This document shows positions 52,901 to 61,400 of a stretch of 64,000 bases of DNA, in pieces; the stretch's first letter is position 1, and each line of letters starts with the position of its first letter. The translations under genes were made by a program, and so were the position numbers. The notes beneath the pieces were generated by a model, which saw only the letters and a list, made by a program, of their open reading frames with translations, was not told the DNA's origin and did not search any database. Source of the DNA: Klebsormidium nitens. Taxonomy: Eukaryota > Plantae > Klebsormidiophyceae. Where the stretch lies: positions 9,999-73,998 of the forward strand of contig DF237417.1 in assembly GCA_000708835.1 (NCBI GenBank), written 5' to 3'.

Positions 52901-54134
52901 CTGCGGCGCTTTGGCGGGCCGTACTTTCTCGGGAAGGAGGTGAGCTCGACACGGAGAGGTTGTGATATTCGTAGGCGAGCAACGAAGTGGAGCGGCCACA
53001 TGATTGGTTAGCCTTTTCCTGAACACTTAGTCGTGGCGCCGAGGATTAGAACCCTTGATGCTCGATTGGAATTCCGTCAGATTTTGACTTCTTGAGTCAA
53101 ATGAAACAGAAAGATTGATTCTTGGAAGAACGTGACGGCCCGACTGACGTACCAATGACAGTTGCCACTCTTGGCCGTGATGTTTTTGATATTCAGTTGT
53201 CCGGATGGGTTTTGCTGATCTGCGAATCAGTTGTCAAAACGTCGACCCTCCGAACCAAGTTTTCCGGGCACATTGAGAGTTGCACCTTGGGCAGAGAGCA
53301 AGTTTTTCAATTATGGTTCCCGTTCCGTCCCCGCAGTTCTCCATGATCTACGCCGTCTATTCCTCTGATGTGTACAGATCTTGTCGTCAGGCCGTTGACT
53401 CCCCGGATTAAGTTCGTGCACATTTCGACGAATGATCCTCATTGTGACGTTCGTTTTATCTCATCGTAATGGCAAACTTTTCTGATCACGCTCCCGTATC
53501 TCTCCCGCAGTTCTCCATGATCGACGCCGTCTACGCCCCCTTTCTGGAGCGCATCGCCGCGAGCGTGCCCTACTACAAGGGCCTTACCGTGCGCAACAAC
53601 AAATGGTCCGCCGTCAATGGTTGGTACGATGCTATGGATTCCCGGCCCGCGTACCATGCCATGAAGTCGGACGACTTCACGCACGTCCACGATCTACCCC
53701 CCCAAATCGGGGAGTGCTACCACAACGACGCCTCGAAGGATTATTGGGCGCTGGTTGACGGAAAGGCCGGCAGTTGGGACTTGCCGTTGAAACCGGAGAC
53801 TACCGGATGGGGATTTGACGAGGGAACTGCGGGGAAGGGCGAGGCCGCGTATAGTCTGGTTACGAACCACGCTGCCGTGGTTAGGTTCGCGTTGCGGCCG
53901 CTGAGAAACGACGCCGAGGCATACGCCGAGGCGGTAGACGTCGTGTTCAGGTACGTTGCGAAGGCGTTGCTTGAGGGAACGGAAAAGGCGGGGGAGTTGC
54001 CGGCGGGTTTGCCTAAGCAAGTGAAGAAAGCGGTGGAGCATTTGAGGGATAACGTGGGTGTACCGCGGGATATGAGCTACCCGGCGGCACGGCAATTGCG
54101 GGCGCACCTGAACTGGGCTCTCCGCCAATTGTAA
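49906..54134 (+). CDS. Glutathione S-transferase family protein with a predicted plastid transit peptide. Exons: 49906-50390, 51013-51193, 52781-52939, 53511-54134
   Basis: [59 protein letters not shown] (Cys-type GST N-domain); C-domain FSMIDAVYAPFLER..SDDFTHVHDLPPQIG..VGVPRDMSYPAARQLRAHLNW. Confidence 0.9.
52141..52850 (+). repeat. Echo array of the GST exon-3 acceptor and 5' end
   Basis: ag|GGC.TGCT.CGC.TGGAGCGGCA..TTCGGCAGCTG-like copies start at 52141, 52300, 52440, 52614 and (real) 52781. Confidence 0.85.
53325..53545 (+). repeat. Echo of the GST exon-4 acceptor and 5' end
   Basis: cccgcag|TTCTCCATGATCTACGCCGTCTA at 53337 versus the real cccgcag|TTCTCCATGATCGACGCCGTCTA at 53511. Confidence 0.88.
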
Positions 54135-55690
54135 GGTCTGTCCCTACCAAGCAGGTTTGATTGACAAAAACGCTTTAATATAAGCAATGCGCGCCTATCC
54201 TATGACAGACCGACAAAGGCAGTGAGACCGGTCAAAGGACTGGTCAAAGGCATTCTGCTGGTGTTCGAACCCTAGGATAAGTAAGTAGCACCTTCACCGA
54301 ACACGATTTGGCGGAATACTGTCGATTACAGTCACCATGAAGTCCGCCGCGATGTTTGCAGGTTCTTGCTACGGTACTCCTATTGTGATAACAGGGTGGC
54401 TCCAATAGGCTGGAATCAATTCATGACGCTATGAAGAAAGTCTACTGCGCCCGCTTGTTGAACTTTCGATGCATCATACATGTAATTCTGGTAACTTGGA
54501 ATGATGTGCTGGTCTAGTTATCGGTTTCGCATGGGTTGAATCCGGATTCCGTATTAGTACATCCGATCCGATCGATGATCTATACATGAGCAGGCAGTCC
54601 CGATCCTCAAAGAAATGTATGTGCCATGCAACGCGCGAATTTACTTGGCTAAATCTGCTACGTAAACTGCATAAGAGCTAAATTGTAAGAGTCGGACTCA
54701 CAGGAAAGTTGAAGGTGCCTGGCCGTTGCCTTGAACGAATCAGCAAACTTCTAGATAAGCTCGAGATCGCCTTCGAAGTGATTGTGGCCAACATAGCATT
54801 TTCGACAGCTGACTGTGAGAGGTGCGTGCGTGCGTGCGCAACAATACTGTTCAGGGTTTCTCGCTTTAGTACCATGATCCCTTTCAACCGAATGCATTTA
54901 AAATTGGGGCGCATGCATCCCGTCTCCTCTAGAAAGTCCGGTCCAACCGTTCACTGACTGAAAACTTCGTTGGCTTCAAGTATGTCGAGACCAAGGAATG
55001 CTGGCACTTCCCTCGAATACTGATGCACAGGGGTCTTCTACATTCCATGCACTGACGTACATGCAAGTCATCGCTTGCATGAGAAGAGGTCTTCATGCAT
55101 CCACCCTGTTGCCAAATCACGGGTTATTCTTGAAAATCAAAGTTTCAAACTTTCCCATGTCATCGAACAATGGTATCAAAGTCAGTGCACGAGTCTACTT
55201 GATTTGCTCACTTGAATTGGGCGATGCTCGGCCAATCTATCAGCATAAAATCATAGTAACGCTTCGAGAGGCAGATGGACGTATCACATGCCCGTAGTAT
55301 CTATCACAGTAACGCGAGCGTCCACGATTACTTCGCTGACCTATCTGTGATCCTCGGTCTCCAAGTCCGCAATCTAAAATCTGGGCTTGAAAGGCTAAAC
55401 TTAGGCCAGCCACCTTTAGGACGGTAAAGTGGCAGGCGCTGGGACTTTTAAATGCAGAAGTTCACGAGGGGGCAGAGGGCTTTCGCTTTATCGATCTATC
55501 TTTGGAATCCATTGTGAAGCGGTGAAGTGGTTTGGCAAAAAAAATTTGGTCTCTCTACGACCGATACGTTTCGGGCCTTTTCGAGTGGGTTCAGCGGGTG
55601 ATAACTTCGGTCGCGAAGCTTGCCCGGGCTTGGTTGCTCGTGCATGCTGTCATCGGTATCGAAATCAACGGCTCCTCAGCTCTCATCTTC

Positions 55691-55731
55691 GGCCCACAAG
55701 CAGATCATCATTTTCAAGTGACTCCTTATAA
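55691..55731 (+). promoter_or_regulatory. Putative upstream Pol III elements: USE-like GGCCCACAAG and TATA (TTATAA)
   Basis: A CCCACA core about 68 nt and TTATAA about 30 nt upstream of the tRNA-like 5' end, roughly 24 nt apart. This resembles plant type-3 Pol III promoters. Confidence 0.4.
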
Positions 55732-55759
55732 GCAGCCGACGAAAAAAGGACATTTGTTG

Positions 55760-56026
55760 GGGGCTGGAGCTCAGTGGTAGAGCGCCAACTCGGATGAGGG
55801 CAAATTCGCCTAGCTTTGCATTAGGGACAGGGTCCTGAGTCTAGACTGTATGCAGTGCACGGCTACTCCCAGAATGGGACGTCGGATGTGCGTAGGGATA
55901 GGTGCATACCTCAAGCCCGGGGCAGTAGTGTCGCCCTGTAGGCTTTCAGACTTATCAGACCTCCGGGTGCCCGCGATAGCCCGACCCGCCGAGTGAGAGA
56001 CGCGGGTTCGAATCCCGCCAGCTCCA
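55760..56026 (+). ncRNA. tRNA-Ala-like RNA with a 195-nt insert in place of the anticodon loop (tmRNA-like architecture)
   Basis: Acceptor GGGGCTG(55760-66)/CAGCTCC(56019-25) with G3:U70 and A73; D arm GCTC-AGTGGTA-GAGC; T arm GCGGG-TTCGAAT-CCCGC; helix ACTCGG(55788-93)/CCGAGT(55989-94) closes the insert. Function is unproven. Confidence 0.7.
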
Positions 56027-56029
56027 TCC

Positions 56030-56033
56030 TTTT
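56030..56033 (+). terminator. Pol III T-run terminator
   Basis: TTTT begins 4 nt after the discriminator A. No CCA is encoded. Confidence 0.5.
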
Positions 56034-58499
56034 CTGCGGCGCATCAATCGAGCGCCAATGCGGATTATATCAGCTTTAACCCCCGCGATGCTTCTGCGTG
56101 CATATATGGAGGCTCCAAGCCTTGCCATGCGATGGTGAAGCACGTGACAGGCAAGTACAAAAGTAGCGCCAAGCGTCTCCCGTTTAACATGTAGAGTCTA
56201 GAATTTCTGATCGCTTTTGCACGTGCCCTGAGTGACAGAGTGAATACGCGGTCGGAGCGCCCCAACTTGGCCATTGGGTTCTCCCGAGGAGCTGACCCGG
56301 GCTTAATCGTGGGCTCAACATAGTACCCGCCACTGGCTGCAACTTGACCTTCTGCTACAGTCAAGTCCGGACGACTGATCTTGCAGAGCGTCTCGTACCT
56401 TCTACGTACGTTCCGGCACGCAGCTTTATGGGAATTGCAACTCAACGGCCTTGGGCTTTCCTGAGAATATGCGCAACTTAAGTTAAACGGTGAAACTCTT
56501 CTGCTGAACCAGGACCTCTCGTTAATTGATTGGAGACCTTAGTATCACCTTATGCCCAACTTCCGAGGAGGTGCCAACCGTTCGAACGACCTTCGCCGCT
56601 CCCGGATCCAGATGCAACATGCGGATTGATGCATACATGATACTTCGTGCTTGGAGTACGTACTAGTCTGGGCACCTAATTGGCGTTAGAACGCTGAGGT
56701 GCAATTGCCTCGTGTCGGTCGCTTTCGGATATGACGTCGTACGACCAACTCAAAAGCCACACTGAAGCATAGGTCAAATTCCGACGAGTCAGCATCAGGC
56801 GCGGCTAAGTTCCAGCCAGCTTCGATCTGTGAGACTGAAGGCTCTCGTAAGGGTGGACCAGCTAACGGGCGCAAACGAGAACACCGTCTGAATTGGGTTT
56901 GCATCTGGACTTCTTAGGAGCACCCTAATCATCCTCCAGGGTGTGGAATCTTGCAGTCACGGTATTGCGCGCCTTGCTTGAAGGGGGCTGTGACTGGTCC
57001 GTTCTCGGAACTTCGCGTGACGTGGTACTTGTACTTTTTGAGCGGTAGTAAGTGCTCAACAAGGTATTCGTGTACGGTATGCCAATGACCATTGACTTTG
57101 AGATTGTGCGCCGAGAGGTTCACCATTTAGGAAAGCACGTAAGAAACACTGCCCGGAAGCTAATTAAGTTCGAAAGAAGCAAGCTGGTTGTCCTGATATC
57201 CTCCTTTGGAGTCACGTCAGCTTCCGAGTCGTACGTTCTCGGAAGTGGTTCGATCCATCGCCCTTCAAAAGAATGTCCAAAACCCAACTATGCGAGAACT
57301 CAGGTCGAAGGATGAGGCTGTCATGCAGCTGGCGACGGCCCGGGGAAATCTATGGATCTGAGAGAAGGAAGAGTCCGGATCATGAGGCGAGATTAAGAAT
57401 TAGCGAAAGACGCATGATATTCGCTGCCCACTAGAAGGTCTTCAACTCAACCTCAGACATACATATGGTGGCTTTCCCCAAGACGTCAGTGCCAATGAAT
57501 CTGACGTTATCAGATTCTAACGGTGCATGTACATTATTTATCACACCTGAAATCTTTCAAGCCGTCAAGCATCGCGTCGACGTCGGCTGCGGGTCGGAAG
57601 CACTTGCAAAAGTGAAGAAGTGGTGATGGCGAGACAAGCGTCTTCTGTTAGCTTCAACACCGGTATCGCTGTTATTTTGAAGCAGGCATCATTGGCGCCA
57701 AAATCTGACAGCTACCTTGCAAGACTAGGGGGTCAAGAGGTATGGTTTTATTCTGCAGTCTTCGAAGCAGTGGGGTCTTTCTTCGTGATGCAAGTCTGCA
57801 AGTCGCTGTCGTCAATATTGCATGCAGCCTGATGATCCTGAGCGGCGCGGCCGCACGCACAGTACTGTAATGTGCGCGCGCGACAATGGGACCTGAGTCA
57901 AAGATGGAGTGAGATTTGTCCGGGGGCTTGTTAGGAAACCGAGCAAGTCCACCGGATGGGGGTTTGTCGAACTTGCCAGTCCCGACTCCCAACGCGGCGA
58001 CCGCGGCAGATGCAACTCACCGGTAATCTCGCCCGGTCAAATGTGTTACTGGTAACGAACCCCCTGCTACGGACCGTACTGGCGCGCCAGGGGGATTGCT
58101 TGTGACGTCAGCGTTGTGGTGCTTGGGAGTTTCCGAGGTGACGACGAGACGACGACAGAATGTACTCTCTAGAGTCTAGGACTAGGCGACACAGGCTGGT
58201 CACTTCGCACGGGCATTGTCGCCAGCGTCTATTGCAATGGCGCCTTTTAATTGGATGATATTGATACAGGATTTCCAGGCGGACTTCATTTGACTCTTCG
58301 AAAAAGCTGATTGAGAAAGCTGATGAGCACTGAGTGCACATTGTCTCGGCTCAGGGTTCAAGATGGAGGTCTAGAATGGAGTGCATTGCATTATCAAGGG
58401 TGGCGACATGGGGGAAGCATAAATTAAAGGTGGTCTCCCTTGGCATTTCAATCAAAAAGCGTTCTTCAGGTGCTTCTGGGTCCCAAACCCCTGACCAAA

Positions 58500-61400
58500 A
58501 TGACTGCTTCTCAGCTGCTAGCTGAGAGCTTGGGCCGCTACTGGACTGCTTTGAGCCCCCATTCATTGCAGCGTTCCCCATACCTCTCCTTCGCTGAGCT
58601 GTCAGCATGGGGGATCATCAGCATTCTGTCCCTTCTCCTTGTAGCTGCCTTGATTGTGCGAGCATACGTGCAGTTTGTCTACAGGCCACTGAGGTTGATA
58701 AGGCATTTCAAAAAGCAGGGCATGAAGGGGCCCCCGTTCAAGCTCCTTGTTGGACAGATGAGCGTGCTCAAAGACAGTGAGAAAGTAGTGGAGAATGGCG
58801 GGAAGAACATGCAGTACATGATGGACTGGAAGAAGGAGTACGGTGAGCTCTTGAGCAACAAAGTGTAGTGTTTAATCTGAACTATCCAGTGAACAATTAT
58901 GAGTGCGTAAAACTGCACATTTCATCTCTGAATGCAGACAATGTAGTCAAGTGCCAGATGACAATTGTCTCAGAGTAGCGATGGCGACATGGAGAAAGCC
59001 ATCAGAAGCGATGGACTGAACAATGTGGAGCCGTTCAAAGTGTTCTCTATTGAACTGCCTGTCAAACTGCCTTCGGAGGAAGACCCAGGAGTTATCGTTC
59101 TGCTCTCACTTGGCGGCAGAATTGCCACTTCAATGCAGAGATCCCACAAAGGCCTGATTCGTATGTTGATGTGTTTCGAGGCCGGTTGAGGTTCTGTCAT
59201 GAAAAGCCTCCTGCTGAAATTTTGTTATCATCTCTGTCTTTTGCAGGCAGCATATTCTACTACTGCATTGGCCCCAAAGTCCGGTTAGCAATCTTGGACC
59301 CAGCGTTACTGCACCAGGTTCTCCACACGACAACAGGGAACGGCGGCCACTACCGCAAGAACGACTATGGAGCTGAAGTCTTTGAACCAGTCTTGGGAAA
59401 GCACGGGCTGGTTTTCGCCTCCAATGCCATCTGGTCCCGCCAACGAAAGCTGGTTAACCCCATGTTCTCACACAGCAAGCTCAAGGTGAGTTAGAGCTAC
59501 ATGGTTTGACGGCCTGCTTGGGGGTTAAAGCCTAACCTGATTCTGAGAACCATTCTTACCTACAGTATAGGCAGGCTCTTCCAGTTTGAAATTGCAACTT
59601 CATTTGTCACATCGATCTAGATAGTTTCCACACTGCATCTCTTTTCGAAACTGTCCCTTCCTCAATGCACGTCTTTGGATTCATGGAATGCGACGTCTGT
59701 GCAGTGGAGATTGGGTGCCTTCATCAGAGTGCAGGCACAGAATGATTACCCTTGATGCATTATTGAGTCAATATTGGAGGTCAAAATCTCGATCGATGAT
59801 CTGTAGTGGTGTTCACCCTAGAATTCAAGACGTTGCAGATTCCGGCCGAGCATTTATCAAACCCCGGCAATACTTCGTCCGTAAGCTTGAACCGCCTCAA
59901 AAATTGCATCACTTACTTGTGGATCCGGTTTGACCTTCTTGCCAAACCCCATTCCTTCATTTCGTCTTACCCAGCTTGCCCTGCCAATGCTTTGTTCACA
60001 TCCGTATTCGAACCCTCGGATTGGCCTTACCCCCACAGTACTACGCTCAGTCTCGGATATTGCGATACCCTCTAGAAGTCCCCTGGAAAACTCGTCCAAA
60101 CCCCTCAGACCACCGAATTACCTCGTCAATCGTGATTGTTTAGTGAGCAGTAGATAATACTGAGATGATAAGTACACGAACCCCATCTCCGCAGGACATG
60201 GAACCTTTCATCGTGAGCAGCACTGAGGAAATGGTCCGCCGCTGGGAGGCGAAGATCGACGGCGCCGGGGGGCGGGCTGAGATCGAAGTGAACCAGGAAC
60301 TGTCAACCGTGGCTCGTGACGTCATTTGCCGGGCGGTATTTGGACAAGAGGACGGAGCGGAATCCGCTTATTCCGGTCAAGACATCTACCACGACTTCGA
60401 GAACCTGCTCAAGGACATTGCGGCGCGCTCGTTCGGGCCCCAAGCGATGTTCATTCCCTTCTACAAGTGAGTGCGATCCAGTGCTCCGATTTATGCGTTT
60501 ATATAACCAGGGCAAAGGTGACATCTGATGTTTCGCACTGGTTCCCCTTTGTCTGGTTGTTGGACAGGGAGAGAATGTGAGACGTTCAGTCGGGCCGCTA
60601 GGGGTGGGGGATTTGTGTGATTGGGGTGAGCTCAGATGCAACACCATTTCTGCCGGATAAAGACACCAGTAGGCAACCTTACAGTCAAAGCTTCCAATCT
60701 GATCACTCCTTTAGCCTCCCCTTTGTCGCAGCCTGCCAAGCCTTCACATCGTGCGCACTCTCAAAATTACTTTGGGCATAATACCTTATGGCTGTTTGTC
60801 CGCATTCGCAAGGACTCTGCTCTAGGTCTACCTATGTTCTACCCTATCGGCAAGCTTCTGCTTCTTTGAACTTTCTGCTTTGCCCTCAACGATAAGCGCG
60901 ATGCTTCATACTTTGCCTGCACAACAAAACGCTATAGGTCAACCATAGCCTATCGTTCGCCTGTGCAGGTATCTGCCCATCCGCATTGCGCGGACCCGCT
61001 CGCGTGTCCGTTCGATGATTCTCACGTTTGACAATACGCTATCACCAAATTATAGCTTATCTGTGGTCTGTGCAGGTATCTGCCCATCCCCATCAACTTC
61101 CGCATCGCGTGCACCTGCGCGCGCGTCCGTTCGATGATTCTCACGTTCGACAATACGTTGTCAGCAAACCATAGCCTATCTGTCGTTCGTGCAGGTATCT
61201 GCCCATCCCCATCAACGTCCGCATTGCGCGCACCCGCGCCCGCGTCCGTGCGATGATCCTCTCGCTGATCAACAACCGCCGCGCCAAGGCGGCCGTCGCC
61301 GCGAAAGCTAACGGCGGGCCGCCGGATTTTGGAGACGATCTCCTGGGGTCGCTGTTGGCGGCTTCCGACGAGCAAGGGTCGCTCTCCAGGTGAGGGGGAG

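Noticed and set aside
55824-55962. RNase P/MRP RNA-like P4 (GGGT[C]CTGA at 55830-38 with TCAGACCT at 55955-62; resemblance to eukaryotic CR-I and CR-V)
   Set aside because: The CR-V AC..AA core and CR-IV are not convincing, and 26 extra nt separate this helix from the closing stem. Kept only as a model to test with cmsearch.
55760-56026. Ordinary intron-containing tRNA (for example anticodon CGG with a 37/38 intron)
   Set aside because: No splice choice yields a 5-bp anticodon stem with a 7-nt loop (best is 3 of 5 pairs). The acceptor is Ala-type rather than Pro-type, and U8 is absent.
55760-56026. SRP, telomerase, U6 or other known Pol III RNA
   Set aside because: No SRP helix-8 motif, no CCCTAAA-type template and no U6 ACAGAGA box.
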